A DNA stretch of 64,000 bases from Escherichia coli (lineage in GTDB: Bacteria; Pseudomonadota; Gammaproteobacteria; Enterobacterales; Enterobacteriaceae), in assembly GCF_013315695.1 (NCBI RefSeq), contig NZ_CP054353.1; one strand, 5' to 3'. Shown here in pieces: positions 13,055 through 25,056 of the stretch. Each line of letters starts with the position of its first letter. Position 1 is the stretch's first letter. The position numbers were made by a program, and so were the translations under genes. Under the pieces are notes generated by a model. The model was given only the letters and a program-made list of their open reading frames with translations, searched no databases and was not told the DNA's origin.

Positions 13055-15730
13055 ATGGCTGTTACTAATGTCGCTGAACTTAACGCACTCGTAGAGCGTG
13101 TAAAAAAAGCCCAGCGTGAATATGCCAGTTTCACTCAAGAGCAAGTAGACAAAATCTTCCGCGCCGCCGCTCTGGCTGCTGCAGATGCTCGAATCCCACT
13201 CGCGAAAATGGCCGTTGCCGAATCCGGCATGGGTATCGTCGAAGATAAAGTGATCAAAAACCACTTTGCTTCTGAATATATCTACAACGCTTATAAAGAT
13301 GAAAAAACCTGTGGTGTTCTGTCTGAAGACGACACTTTTGGTACCATCACTATCGCTGAACCCATCGGTATTATTTGCGGTATCGTTCCGACCACTAACC
13401 CGACTTCAACTGCTATCTTCAAATCGCTGATCAGCCTGAAGACCCGTAACGCCATTATCTTCTCCCCGCACCCGCGTGCAAAAGATGCAACCAACAAAGC
13501 GGCTGATATCGTTCTGCAGGCTGCTATCGCTGCCGGTGCTCCGAAAGATCTGATCGGCTGGATCGATCAACCTTCGGTTGAACTGTCTAACGCACTGATG
13601 CACCACCCAGACATCAACCTGATCCTCGCGACTGGTGGTCCGGGCATGGTTAAAGCCGCATACAGCTCCGGTAAACCAGCTATCGGCGTAGGCGCGGGCA
13701 ACACTCCGGTTGTTATCGATGAAACTGCTGATATCAAACGTGCAGTTGCATCTGTACTGATGTCCAAAACCTTCGACAACGGCGTAATCTGTGCTTCTGA
13801 ACAGTCTGTTGTTGTTGTTGACTCTGTTTATGACGCAGTACGTGAACGTTTCGCAACCCACGGCGGCTATCTGTTGCAGGGTAAAGAGCTGAAAGCTGTT
13901 CAGGACGTTATCCTGAAAAACGGTGCGCTGAACGCAGCTATCGTTGGTCAGCCAGCCTATAAAATTGCTGAACTGGCAGGCTTCTCTGTACCAGAAAACA
14001 CCAAGATTCTGATCGGTGAAGTGACCGTTGTTGATGAAAGCGAACCGTTCGCACATGAAAAACTGTCCCCAACTCTGGCAATGTACCGCGCTAAAGATTT
14101 CGAAGACGCGGTAGAAAAAGCAGAGAAACTGGTTGCTATGGGCGGTATCGGTCATACCTCTTGCCTGTACACTGACCAGGATAACCAACCGGCTCGCGTT
14201 TCTTACTTCGGTCAGAAAATGAAAACGGCTCGTATCCTGATTAACACCCCGGCTTCTCAGGGTGGTATCGGTGACCTGTATAACTTCAAACTCGCACCTT
14301 CCCTGACTCTGGGTTGTGGTTCCTGGGGTGGTAACTCCATCTCTGAAAACGTTGGTCCGAAACACCTGATCAACAAGAAAACCGTTGCTAAGCGAGCTGA
14401 AAACATGTTGTGGCACAAACTTCCGAAATCTATCTACTTCCGCCGTGGCTCCCTGCCAATCGCGCTGGATGAAGTGATTACTGATGGCCACAAACGTGCG
14501 CTCATCGTGACTGACCGCTTCCTGTTTAACAATGGTTATGCTGATCAGATCACTTCCGTACTGAAAGCAGCAGGCGTTGAAACTGAAGTCTTCTTCGAAG
14601 TAGAAGCTGACCCGACCCTGAGCATCGTTCGTAAAGGTGCAGAACTGGCAAACTCCTTCAAACCAGACGTGATTATCGCGCTGGGTGGTGGTTCCCCGAT
14701 GGACGCCGCGAAGATCATGTGGGTTATGTACGAACATCCGGAAACTCACTTCGAAGAGCTGGCGCTGCGCTTTATGGATATCCGTAAACGTATCTACAAG
14801 TTCCCGAAAATGGGCGTGAAAGCGAAAATGATCGCTGTCACCACCACTTCTGGTACAGGTTCTGAAGTCACTCCGTTTGCGGTTGTAACTGACGACGCTA
14901 CTGGTCAGAAATATCCGCTGGCAGACTATGCGCTGACCCCGGATATGGCGATTGTCGATGCCAATCTGGTTATGGACATGCCGAAGTCCCTGTGTGCTTT
15001 CGGTGGTCTGGACGCAGTAACTCACGCCATGGAAGCTTATGTTTCTGTACTGGCATCTGAGTTCTCTGATGGTCAGGCTCTGCAGGCGCTGAAACTGCTG
15101 AAAGAATATCTGCCAGCGTCCTACCACGAAGGATCTAAAAATCCGGTAGCGCGTGAACGTGTTCACAGTGCAGCAACTATCGCGGGTATCGCGTTTGCGA
15201 ACGCCTTCCTGGGTGTATGTCACTCAATGGCGCACAAACTGGGTTCCCAGTTCCATATTCCGCACGGTCTGGCAAACGCCCTGCTGATTTGTAACGTTAT
15301 TCGCTACAACGCGAACGACAACCCGACCAAGCAGACTGCATTCAGCCAGTATGACCGTCCGCAGGCTCGCCGTCGTTATGCTGAAATTGCTGACCACCTG
15401 GGTCTGAGCGCACCGGGCGACCGTACTGCTGCTAAGATCGAGAAACTGCTGGCATGGCTGGAAACGCTGAAAGCTGAACTGGGTATTCCGAAATCTATCC
15501 GTGAAGCTGGCGTTCAGGAAGCAGACTTCCTGGCGAATGTGGATAAACTGTCTGAAGATGCATTCGATGACCAGTGCACCGGCGCTAACCCGCGTTACCC
15601 ACTGATCTCCGAGCTGAAACAGATTCTGCTGGATACCTACTACGGTCGTGATTATGTAGAAGGTGAAACTGCAGCGAAAAAAGAAGCCGCTCCGGCTAAA
15701 GCTGAGAAAAAAGCGAAGAAATCCGCTTAA
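13055..15730 (+). CDS. adhE: bifunctional aldehyde/alcohol dehydrogenase AdhE
   Basis: 891 aa; N-terminal aldehyde dehydrogenase and C-terminal iron-type alcohol dehydrogenase domains; C-terminal [19 protein letters not shown] tail. Confidence 0.95.
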
Positions 15731-15759
15731 TCAGTAGCGCTGTCTGGCAACATAAACGG

Positions 15760-15771
15760 TCCCTTCTGGGG
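15760..15771. repeat. IS4 target-site duplication, left copy (TCCCTTCTGGGG)
   Basis: 12-bp direct repeat immediately outside the IS4 left end; identical copy at 17198..17209. Confidence 0.8.
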
Positions 15772-17197
15772 TAATGCCAGTCAGTTAAGCAACTGACTGG
15801 CTCTTTTTCGGGGCTGTGGGGTATTTCCAGGGCCTCTCCTTTACCACTCTCGGGAAGGCCCTTTCCCTTCTTGTCGGTAATTTCACAAGTTGTCCCATAC
15901 TTGCAAGATCGCGCATCAGCTCCGGTATACGTCCCGGTGAAGCGCCCTGCAATGTCATCAGCATTCTCATCACCATTCCGCATGATTCTGAGAAACTCAG
16001 TTGATTCGGCCAGTAACCTTTCAGATGTTCCGCCATTTTAATCATCTGATATCTCACCAGATTATAAGCCAGTAAGACACCCCACAGCTCTTGCTCCACA
16101 AGCTCCGGTTTTTTACTTCTCAGCGTCAGCCTGCTCAGTTGCATCGTCTGTTTTATCTCCCTGTATCCCAGTTCGATTTCCCAGCGATGACTGTACAGAT
16201 CCGCCATTTCTCCTCCGGGGAAGCGCATGGCGTCCGTCATCGACGTCAGCAGATGGCAGACTTTTCCTTTGCGCGTCACGGTCAGCAGGCGGGCTGTCAC
16301 TTCATTTCCCAGTCCCGGCCACTTTTTTCGTGCCTGCGGGCTGGTTTTCAGCTTCACCAGATGATCGCCTTTACCCAGTTTTCTGATCTCTTCATATTGC
16401 GCTCCCTTTCTGAGAGGTATCATCCAGTGGCGGTGTTCTCCCGCCAGGCTCCAGGCATTTAACAGTCCCAGTGAGTAATAACCTTTATCCATTAACGTCA
16501 GAGTGTTATCGCCGGTTTGTTCTATAAGTTGCTCAGCAAGCTCATTTTCGCTGTTCTTCATCGTGCCGAAGGCTGCAGCCGTCAGCAGATGGCTGGTCAG
16601 TTCCATCTGGCAGACCATTTTGACCTGCGGGTAGAGCGCCGGGTTCCCGGCATGTGTCTGGCGGGGGAAGGCTGCATCGTTCTCTGGTGTATCCGGTGTG
16701 CGCCAGAACACACCATCGATGGCCAGCAGGGTCAGGCCGCACCAGTGCGGATGCGGCGTGGCGTTATGCCAGAGCTGCGCTGTTTTCGTGAACACGCGGC
16801 GGACAGCCTCACTTCCCAGGCGCTGGCGGGCCTGAATAACGGCACTGGGGGCAACGAAGGGGCGATTGCCCGGCAGCATGATGTCCAGGCGATTCACAAT
16901 CTGGTGAAGAGGTTCTTTACGCTCAAGCGCCATGCCAACAATACACCAGACCATCATTTCGAGGGGAAGACGGCGCTTGCGTAGCGTTACAGTACCTGAT
17001 TCGGCAAGGCAACGAGAGATGAGTTCGGGGTCGAGGTAATCCCCCAGAGAAGTCAGTGGGTTACGCAGAGAATCGTAACGGGATACCAGATCAAGAGCCT
17101 GTCCAATGTGCATAAAAAAATCCGGAAACAAGTGAGCGTTTCCGGATTCTTACACAGCCACTGGATCGGTCAACTGATCCTTAACTGATCGGCATTA
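15772..17197 (-). mobile_element. IS4 insertion sequence, complete (1426 bp)
   Basis: Imperfect terminal inverted repeats TAATGCC(A/G)(G/A)TCAGTTAAG at both ends, intact transposase, perfect 12-bp target duplication; length matches IS4. Confidence 0.85.
15785..17113 (-). CDS. insG: IS4 transposase
   Basis: ORF 15785..17131; start at [10 protein letters not shown] gives 442 aa; recalled as the IS4 InsG sequence. Confidence 0.85.
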   Translation of the reverse strand: MHIGQALDLVSRYDSLRNPLTSLGDYLDPELISRCLAESGTVTLRKRRLPLEMMVWCIVGMALERKEPLHQIVNRLDIMLPGNRPFVAPSAVIQARQRLGSEAVRRVFTKTAQLWHNATPHPHWCGLTLLAIDGVFWRTPDTPENDAAFPRQTHAGNPALYPQVKMVCQMELTSHLLTAAAFGTMKNSENELAEQLIEQTGDNTLTLMDKGYYSLGLLNAWSLAGEHRHWMIPLRKGAQYEEIRKLGKGDHLVKLKTSPQARKKWPGLGNEVTARLLTVTRKGKVCHLLTSMTDAMRFPGGEMADLYSHRWEIELGYREIKQTMQLSRLTLRSKKPELVEQELWGVLLAYNLVRYQMIKMAEHLKGYWPNQLSFSESCGMVMRMLMTLQGASPGRIPELMRDLASMGQLVKLPTRRERAFPRVVKERPWKYPTAPKKSQSVA

Positions 17198-17209
17198 TCC
17201 CTTCTGGGG
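17198..17209. repeat. IS4 target-site duplication, right copy (TCCCTTCTGGGG)
   Basis: Identical 12-mer abutting the IS4 right end, followed by CCGTTTTTTT. Confidence 0.8.
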
Positions 17210-17470
17210 CCGTTTTTTTGTTTTACCCAAAGCAACTTTCCCATAAACCGACAGCATTTGCCTTCATCATATTTACGGCGATGTATAACGCCTACACACA
17301 GCGATATTGTACTTTACAGGTTACAAGTCAACGTCACTGTAAAAGCGCTCTGTGAGGGGTATAGTGGCGTTAAAGAACTGTCGAGAAGGGTATATACACC
17401 GGATGAAGTGAGTAAAACGAACTGACAGGATAAAAGCGCCCTGCTCACCCTGTCAGTAAAGAAATTCTTA

Positions 17471-18088
17471 TTAATCGTGGCGATGCCTTTCCTGAATAGC
17501 CGTTAATGAGCCGACTTCTAACGCTTCTTTATAGTGTTTACGGCATACAGAAACGTAGCGTTCATTACCACCAATAACCACCTGCTCACCTTCGTTATAA
17601 GGTCTGCCTGCTTGATCAAGACGCAGCACCATGCTTGCTTTGCGGCCACAAAAACAGATGGTTTTTAATTCAACCAGTTTGTCGGACCATGCCAGTAAGT
17701 ATTGGCTGCCAATAAATAACTCACCTCGAAAATCGGTACGTAAACCATAACAAAGTACGGGTATATCGAGTTGATCGACAACCTCCGATAATTCATATAC
17801 TTGTTGTCTGGTTAAAAACTGGCATTCATCAACCAGTACGCAATGAATTGCCTGCTGTTCATGTTCCGCACGAATCTCATCAAATAATGATGAATTTTGG
17901 TTAAATAATTTTGCAGGCGATGACAAACCTATACGCGAGCTGACTTTCCCGGCACCAAAGCGATCATCAATTTCTGCCGTATATACGACAGTGCGCATGC
18001 CGCGTTCCTGGTAATTGTATGAAGATTGCAACAATGCTGTAGACTTACCCGCATTCATTGCGGAATAGTAGAAATATAGCTGTGCCAT
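17471..18088 (-). CDS. tdk: thymidine kinase
   Basis: 205 aa; P-loop GAMNAGKST; C-terminal zinc-binding cysteines. Confidence 0.92.
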
Positions 18089-18691
18089 CAGCCACAGGCC
18101 CTCAATGATATGAATTAAAGTTGGCTGGAGTTTATCATAATTCGTCAGTTTTACAGCTCAACAGTATGCACAGAAGTGGTATATGCGTTCTCCCTTACGA
18201 AGCCTTGCATAATCCTTCTGAGCTATCATTACAACTGCCTCGCTTGTTATAAGCGGGTAAATGACTGCTGGTAACTATTCACAATCTTTAACCTGTTGCG
18301 CAAGTAATAGCCCTCTGTTGACCTCCTGGAGATAGTGCAATACTAAGTCCCTGCTCTTATTGCGACTGTTCTACTTTTCATCATTCGCTTAATAGGGAAT
18401 TCTCGTAAACACGACTAATACAGAAGACTGAAAGGTCGTCAGCCTACGATAATCTCCCCATAAAATGTGACATGAATCAGGAAGTTTTAACCTCACGTGC
18501 TGCGAAATCATCGGTGCAAATAGGGCTATATGCCGCGTCTTTTCTGGCTAATTTTATGAAAAGATATTTATTGGCGGCACAAAATAAAGAACAATTTTGA
18601 ATTCCTTACATTCCTGGCTATTGCACAACTGAATTTAAGGCTCTATTATTACCTCAACAAACCACCCCAATATAAGTTTGAGATTACTACA

Positions 18692-19105
18692 ATGAGCGAA
18701 GCACTTAAAATTCTGAACAACATCCGTACTCTTCGTGCGCAGGCAAGAGAATGTACACTTGAAACGCTGGAAGAAATGCTGGAAAAATTAGAAGTTGTTG
18801 TTAACGAACGTCGCGAAGAAGAAAGCGCGGCTGCTGCTGAAGTTGAAGAGCGCACTCGTAAACTGCAGCAATATCGCGAAATGCTGATCGCTGACGGTAT
18901 TGACCCGAACGAACTGCTGAATAGCCTTGCTGCCGTTAAATCTGGCACCAAAGCTAAACGTGCTCAGCGTCCGGCAAAATATAGCTACGTTGACGAAAAC
19001 GGCGAAACTAAAACCTGGACTGGCCAGGGCCGTACTCCAGCTGTAATCAAAAAAGCAATGGATGAGCAAGGTAAATCCCTCGACGATTTCCTGATCAAGC
19101 AATAA
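18692..19105 (+). CDS. hns: nucleoid-associated protein H-NS
   Basis: 137 aa, [20 protein letters not shown]...TWTGQGRTP...; recalled H-NS sequence. Confidence 0.96.
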
Positions 19106-19133
19106 TCTTTTGTAGATTGCACTTGCTTAAAAA

Positions 19134-19157
19134 TCCCGCCATCGGCGGGATTTTTTA
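19134..19157 (+). terminator. hns intrinsic terminator
   Basis: Hairpin TCCCGCC-atcg-GCGGGA followed by TTTTTT, 29 bp after the hns stop. Confidence 0.7.
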
Positions 19158-19194
19158 TTGTCCGGTTTAAGACAATTTAATAAGAATAAGCTAT

Positions 19195-19224
19195 AAAAAA
19201 ACGGCGTCGATTGCTCAACGCCGT
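19195..19224 (-). terminator. galU intrinsic terminator
   Basis: On the minus strand, ACGGCGTTGAGCAATCGACGCCGT hairpin followed by a T-run, just downstream of the galU stop. Confidence 0.6.
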
Positions 19225-19249
19225 TTCGTGGATAACACCGATACGGATG

Positions 19250-20158
19250 TTACTTCTTAATGCCCATCTCTTCTTCAAGCCAGGCTTTAAATTCCGAGCC
19301 AAGGGTGTTATGACGAATACCGTATTCAACGAAGGCCTGCATGTAACCTAATTTATTACCGCAGTCATGGCTCTTCCCTTTCATATGATAGGCTTCCACC
19401 GTTTCTTTTTCGATCAGCATATCAATTGCGTCGGTGAGCTGAATTTCATCACCAGCACCCGGAGGGGTTTTTGCCAGCAACGGCCAAATATCCGCGCTAA
19501 GAACGTAACGACCCACAATAGCGAGATTAGACGGCGCAACATCCGCTTTTGGTTTTTCAACCACGCCAACCATCGGTACGCTTTCACCCGGCGCTAATTC
19601 AACGCCTTTGCAATCCACAACGCCATATGCGGTCACATCAGCAACCGGTTCAACCATGATCTGGCTATGACCCGTTTCATCAAAGCGGCGGATCATCTCT
19701 GCCAGGTTATCCTGTGACAAATCGGATTCATATTCATCCAGAATAACGTCAGGCAAAATAACAGCCACAGGTTCATCACCCACTACCGGGTGAGCACACA
19801 ATACCGCGTGTCCCAGGCCTTTCGCCAGCCCCTGACGAACTTGCATAATAGTCACGTGCGGCGGACAAATAGACTGCACTTCATCAAGCAGTTGACGTTT
19901 TACACGTTTTTCCAGCATTGCTTCCAGTTCAAAACTGGTATCAAAGTGGTTTTCAATAGAGTTTTTAGATGAGTGAGTAACCAGCACAATTTCAGTAATG
20001 CCAGCCGCAATACATTCATTCACGACGTATTGAATTAATGGCTTATCGACAAGTGGCAGCATCTCTTTCGGGATGGCTTTCGTCGCCGGCAACATCCTGG
20101 TTCCTAATCCCGCAACGGGGATAACGGCTTTTTTGACTTTCGTATTAATGGCAGCCAT
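19250..20158 (-). CDS. galU: UTP--glucose-1-phosphate uridylyltransferase
   Basis: 302 aa; N-terminal nucleotidyltransferase motif [22 protein letters not shown]. Confidence 0.93.
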   Translation of the reverse strand: MAAINTKVKKAVIPVAGLGTRMLPATKAIPKEMLPLVDKPLIQYVVNECIAAGITEIVLVTHSSKNSIENHFDTSFELEAMLEKRVKRQLLDEVQSICPPHVTIMQVRQGLAKGLGHAVLCAHPVVGDEPVAVILPDVILDEYESDLSQDNLAEMIRRFDETGHSQIMVEPVADVTAYGVVDCKGVELAPGESVPMVGVVEKPKADVAPSNLAIVGRYVLSADIWPLLAKTPPGAGDEIQLTDAIDMLIEKETVEAYHMKGKSHDCGNKLGYMQAFVEYGIRHNTLGSEFKAWLEEEMGIKK

Positions 20159-20359
20159 TTAAATTCTCCTGGACTGTTCGTGTTTTGAACGTGTTCATAT
20201 TTCTGTATCGCATCCCAGTATATCAGTACCCCGAAGGGGCTAAGTTCTGAAAAGGAGGCGAGTTAGCATAATTAAGACAATTACTTATACGAATGGCGAC
20301 GATAGTACCACCAGCCGACATTAGCAGGTAATGCAAATTTAGCCCGCGTTATCGTTTGC

Positions 20360-21373
20360 TCATTCTGCAGACAACATCAAGCGCAGCCGACCACCGGTTC
20401 CCCATATTTGGCATTGCCAGGCATCGCATCGCTGGCTCAATTGATTCAAATAAGCGTTACCTAAAGTGCCTAACGGAACACCATTACTGATTTGTACCTG
20501 GTGTTCGCCGGTATTTAACGTCGCATTCAGACCCGCAGAAACCAGAATGAGATTTTTCAGTTCGCGATGATAATAGCCAACTAATAGCGGAAACTGCCCC
20601 GGCAGATTGGCCTGACGGAGTAAATGGTTTACCTGCTTCAATAACGCGCCCAACTCTGGCAACCGTTGATTTTGGTGTGCAAGCTGTTCCTGTAATAATC
20701 CGTTAAACAATGCGCGTAATAACAAGGCAGCAAGTACGCCATTATGTCCAGCTCGGGTGACATCAAGGCAATAAAATGCCAGATCGTTTTCCGAAAGTGC
20801 GGCAATATCAAGCACCAGGCCGGGTTTGTCCGCGGCAACCAATTGACGATAATTAACCCGGCAATGGGAAATCACCTGCTGAACCGGCGGTTGCAATTCC
20901 TGTAATAATTTCGCCGCTGCGGCAGGGTTATCAACCATTGCATCCCAGTCGCGAAAAAGCCTTTCCTCTTCCTCAACGCGGGAATTAAACATGCTGGGAT
21001 AGAGACAGGCAAAAACCATCTCGCGCAAGCGATTCAGATCTTTAACTGGTTTCAGCAAAACATCTTCAACGCCCAGACGTAACGCTTTGGCAATATCTGC
21101 CATATTTTCAGTGGCAGATATCACCAGAACCGGTGTCTGGTCACCTCTGTTGCGCATATGTTCCAGCAGTTTAAGCCCGTTCATTCTGGGCATCGCGATA
21201 TCACATATCATCAGGTCTGGAGTGAAACCTCCCAGCAACTCAAGGGCATCCACCCCATCAGCCGCCAGTACCGTTGTCGCTCCCAATGAGGAAAACCACG
21301 AATCCAGAAGCGAGCGAAATACCTGCTCATCTTCAACAATGAGAATCTGTTTTCCGACCAATGGCTGCGTCAT
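20360..21373 (-). CDS. rssB: RpoS-proteolysis adaptor response regulator RssB
   Basis: 337 aa; N-terminal receiver domain and C-terminal PP2C-like domain. Confidence 0.92.
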   Translation of the reverse strand: MTQPLVGKQILIVEDEQVFRSLLDSWFSSLGATTVLAADGVDALELLGGFTPDLMICDIAMPRMNGLKLLEHMRNRGDQTPVLVISATENMADIAKALRLGVEDVLLKPVKDLNRLREMVFACLYPSMFNSRVEEEERLFRDWDAMVDNPAAAAKLLQELQPPVQQVISHCRVNYRQLVAADKPGLVLDIAALSENDLAFYCLDVTRAGHNGVLAALLLRALFNGLLQEQLAHQNQRLPELGALLKQVNHLLRQANLPGQFPLLVGYYHRELKNLILVSAGLNATLNTGEHQVQISNGVPLGTLGNAYLNQLSQRCDAWQCQIWGTGGRLRLMLSAE

Positions 21374-21464
21374 GTTCTCTCCCCTGACTGGCTTTACTCA
21401 ATAGTGGCATGCTATTGCCACCTGCGCCTGTCAGAATTAACTTAAGTGTAGATAAAAATTCTGG

Positions 21465-22370
21465 TCAAATGTTGGTGCGTACCAACGGCAAAAGTTCGTC
21501 CATTTTCTTTTCCACTGCCAGCTGCCCAGCCGCAATGGCAGCGTGCGCGCGATGGAAATCAAGCGTAGATATTTGCGGGCAAACAGGTTGAATCAGAATA
21601 TCGGGCGGATCACCTGCCATGCGGTTCCTTTTAAGGCGGTTCTCCAGCACCTGGATAGAAGTGGTCATAATCTCTGTTGCCGTTGGCGCTGTCACCGCCC
21701 GACGTGTCGTTATGCTGCCCAACCTTTCTTTCAGACGCGCATGCCACGGCAGAGAATCACCATTCTCGCTATTTTCTTCACTGACATTAAAGGAGAGCAG
21801 ATCTTGTTGCATCAAATGAGCATCGTGCTGCAGGTCGACCGCTATCACAATATCAGCACCCAATGCACGCGTGAGCGAAATAGGAATTGGGTTAACTACA
21901 GCGCCATCAACCAGCCAGTAGCCGTTATGCGCAACGGGTGCCATTAGTCCTGGAATACTGCATGATGCACGAATAGCAAGATGGAGATCGCCTTCAGTAA
22001 ACCATAATTCGCGCCCAGTACTTAAATTGGTGGCAACAGCCGCGAAGCGACGGGAACAATTTTCGATCTCTGTTTCCGGCATTATTTCGCGATATTGATT
22101 GAAGACACGCTCGCCGCGCAGTAACCCACCGCGCTGCCAGGAGAGATCCATCAGGCGTAAAACATCCCAATAACTGAAAGAGGTTACCCAATCTTCCAGC
22201 GCAGATAATCGATCGCATGCATAGGCCGCGCCCACCAGCGAACCAATTGAGCATCCTGCAACGATATCAATTTCAATACCCACTTTTTTTAGCGCATTAA
22301 TAACGCCAATATGCGACCAACCTCTCGCCGCGCCAGATCCCAGCGCCAGCCCTATTTTTATCTTTCTCAT
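21465..22370 (-). CDS. rssA: patatin-like phospholipase RssA
   Basis: ORF 21465..22409; start at MRKIKIGLALGSGAARG gives 301 aa; patatin GxGxxG and GCSIG serine motif. Confidence 0.88.
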   Translation of the reverse strand: MRKIKIGLALGSGAARGWSHIGVINALKKVGIEIDIVAGCSIGSLVGAAYACDRLSALEDWVTSFSYWDVLRLMDLSWQRGGLLRGERVFNQYREIMPETEIENCSRRFAAVATNLSTGRELWFTEGDLHLAIRASCSIPGLMAPVAHNGYWLVDGAVVNPIPISLTRALGADIVIAVDLQHDAHLMQQDLLSFNVSEENSENGDSLPWHARLKERLGSITTRRAVTAPTATEIMTTSIQVLENRLKRNRMAGDPPDILIQPVCPQISTLDFHRAHAAIAAGQLAVEKKMDELLPLVRTNI

Positions 22371-22482
22371 TATTCCCGCAAGATTCCCCTGGAATGCAAT
22401 CGTAGCCACATCGCTACTGCTCGGTTAACATAGTGCTACTCAGGCGGTTAATACGCCGTTATTGTTTCCAGGGAGATTATTT

Positions 22483-22941
22483 GTGTCTCAGCTTTGTCCC
22501 TGTGGTAGTGCTGTCGAGTATAGCCTATGTTGCCACCCTTATGTGTCTGGTGAAAAGGTTGCACCTGATCCAGAACATCTCATGCGTTCGCGTTACTGCG
22601 CTTTTGTGATGCAAGACGCAGATTATTTAATAAAGACCTGGCATCCATCTTGTGGAGCAGCGGCGTTACGTGCCGAATTGATGGCCGGATTTGCGCATAC
22701 TGAATGGTTGGGATTGACCGTATTTGAACATTGTTGGCAGGACGCCGACAATATCGGATTTGTCAGTTTTGTTGCTCGATTTACCGAAGGTGGCAAAACA
22801 GGTGCAATCATTGAACGTTCGCGATTTTTGAAAGAAAACGGTCAATGGTACTATATTGACGGTACACGTCCGCAGTTTGGCCGCAACGATCCCTGCCCTT
22901 GTGGTTCAGGTAAAAAATTTAAAAAGTGCTGCGGCCAATAA
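22483..22941 (+). CDS. ychJ: UPF0225 protein YchJ (SEC-C motif protein)
   Basis: ORF 22462..22941; GTG at 22483 gives 152 aa; N- and C-terminal CPCGSG SEC-C metal-binding motifs. Confidence 0.85.
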
Positions 22942-22990
22942 TGGTTGACGGTACGGTTTAGCAAACACTCTCAACAAGGTTTTTCCAGCA

Positions 22991-23833
22991 ATGCATTCAC
23001 TCCAACGTAAAGTTCTGCGTACTATTTGTCCGGACCAAAAAGGTCTGATCGCACGTATCACCAATATTTGCTACAAGCACGAGTTAAATATCGTACAGAA
23101 CAATGAATTTGTTGATCACCGTACCGGGCGCTTTTTTATGCGCACGGAACTGGAAGGGATTTTTAATGATTCCACCCTGCTGGCGGATCTCGATAGCGCA
23201 TTGCCAGAAGGCTCCGTACGTGAGCTGAATCCTGCCGGTCGTCGCCGGATAGTGATTCTGGTCACTAAAGAGGCGCATTGCCTTGGCGATTTGTTGATGA
23301 AAGCCAATTACGGCGGCCTGGATGTCGAAATCGCGGCAGTTATTGGTAACCACGATACTTTACGTTCTCTGGTTGAGCGTTTTGATATTCCGTTTGAGCT
23401 GGTAAGCCATGAAGGGTTAAGCCGCAACGAGCACGATCAAAAGATGGCGGATGCCATTGATGCTTATCAGCCTGACTACGTGGTGCTGGCGAAGTATATG
23501 CGGGTATTAACGCCAGAATTTGTGGCACGCTTCCCGAATAAGATCATCAATATTCACCATTCATTCCTGCCAGCGTTTATCGGCGCACGTCCTTATCACC
23601 AGGCCTATGAACGTGGCGTGAAGATTATTGGCGCAACCGCTCACTATGTGAATGACAATCTGGACGAAGGTCCAATCATCATGCAGGACGTTATTCATGT
23701 CGATCATACCTACACAGCTGAAGATATGATGCGCGCAGGTCGTGACGTCGAGAAAAACGTCTTAAGTCGCGCACTCTACAAAGTACTGGCGCAGCGCGTC
23801 TTTGTTTACGGTAATCGGACGATTATTCTTTAA
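22991..23833 (+). CDS. purU: formyltetrahydrofolate deformylase
   Basis: 280 aa; N-terminal ACT domain and C-terminal formyltransferase domain. Confidence 0.92.
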   Translation: MHSLQRKVLRTICPDQKGLIARITNICYKHELNIVQNNEFVDHRTGRFFMRTELEGIFNDSTLLADLDSALPEGSVRELNPAGRRRIVILVTKEAHCLGDLLMKANYGGLDVEIAAVIGNHDTLRSLVERFDIPFELVSHEGLSRNEHDQKMADAIDAYQPDYVVLAKYMRVLTPEFVARFPNKIINIHHSFLPAFIGARPYHQAYERGVKIIGATAHYVNDNLDEGPIIMQDVIHVDHTYTAEDMMRAGRDVEKNVLSRALYKVLAQRVFVYGNRTIIL

Positions 23834-23914
23834 TCGCCAGCAAAAATAACTGGTTACCTTTAATCCGTTACGGATGAAAATTACGCAACCAGTTCATTTT
23901 TCTCAACGTAACAC

Positions 23915-23942
23915 TTTACAGCGGCGCGTCATTTGATATGAT
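23915..23942 (+). promoter_or_regulatory. tyrT: tyrT sigma70 promoter
   Basis: -35 TTTACA (23915..23920), 16-bp spacer, -10 TATGAT (23937..23942), GC-rich discriminator GCGCCCCGC; predicted start ~43 nt upstream of the mature tRNA 5' end. Confidence 0.75.
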
Positions 23943-23992
23943 GCGCCCCGCTTCCCGATAAGGGAGCAGGCCAGTAAAAAGCATTACCCCGT

Positions 23993-24076
<84 letters not shown>

Positions 24077-24110
24077 TCTCAAGCATTACCTCAAAATTTG
24101 AATTACCCTT

Positions 24111-24195
<85 letters not shown>

Positions 24196-24378
24196 TTACT
24201 TCCTGAAATACTCAAAACCTGTTACTCCGAGCTAATTCTGCCCGATGGCACCGCGTTTACCGGACCTAAAATATCCTCCCCTGAAGTTCGGATAAGCGAA
24301 GCGCATCCGACAACTCACCCCGCACCGTGCCCATAAAAAAACCCCGCCGAAGCAGGGTCTGTGTGAACTAAAATTCGC

Positions 24379-25056
24379 TTAGTGACGAGCGCGCACCAGC
24401 TGGTACTTACGTGTCAGATACTCCACCGGGACGCTCCAGATGTGTACCAGACGTGAGAACGGGAACAGCAGGAATAACGTCATCCCCAACACCAGGTGCA
24501 GACGGAAGATAAATGCCACACCATCAAGATGTTGAGAAGCACCACCGTGGAAGGTCACTACCGACTGCGCCCAGCCAACCAGTTTCATCATCTCGCTACC
24601 GTCCATATGCTGGGCTGAGAACGGAATGGTCAGCAAGCCCAGCGCGCACTGGATAACGAGCAGCGACAGGATCAGGATATCCGCTCCGGTAGTGGTTGCA
24701 CGCACGCGTGGGCTGAACAGACGACGCTTCAGCAACAGCACGCCGCCAATCAGACACAGCACACCGCTGGCACCACCAGCAAACATCGCCATTTTCTGTT
24801 TCACTTCAATCGGCAGCCAGGCTTCATACATCCAGTGCGGCGTCAGCATACCGAAGAAGTGACCGACAAAAATCCCCAGAATACCGATATGGAACAGGTT
24901 CGACGCCAGGTTCATCCCTTTGCGATCCAGCATCTGGCTGGACGCCGCGCGCCAGGTGTACTGCCCGTAGTCATAACGCAGCCAGCTACCAATCAGGAAG
25001 ACCGCCCCGGCTATGTACGGGTAGATATCAAAGAAGAACATATTCAGGAATTGCAT
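24379..25056 (-). CDS. narI: respiratory nitrate reductase A gamma subunit
   Basis: 225 aa dihaem b membrane subunit; last gene of narGHJI. Confidence 0.93.
   Translation of the reverse strand: MQFLNMFFFDIYPYIAGAVFLIGSWLRYDYGQYTWRAASSQMLDRKGMNLASNLFHIGILGIFVGHFFGMLTPHWMYEAWLPIEVKQKMAMFAGGASGVLCLIGGVLLLKRRLFSPRVRATTTGADILILSLLVIQCALGLLTIPFSAQHMDGSEMMKLVGWAQSVVTFHGGASQHLDGVAFIFRLHLVLGMTLFLLFPFSRLVHIWSVPVEYLTRKYQLVRARH

Noticed and set aside
13406-15223. 605-aa minus-strand ORF inside adhE
   Set aside because: Antisense to adhE across its whole length; composition typical of a stop-free antisense frame.
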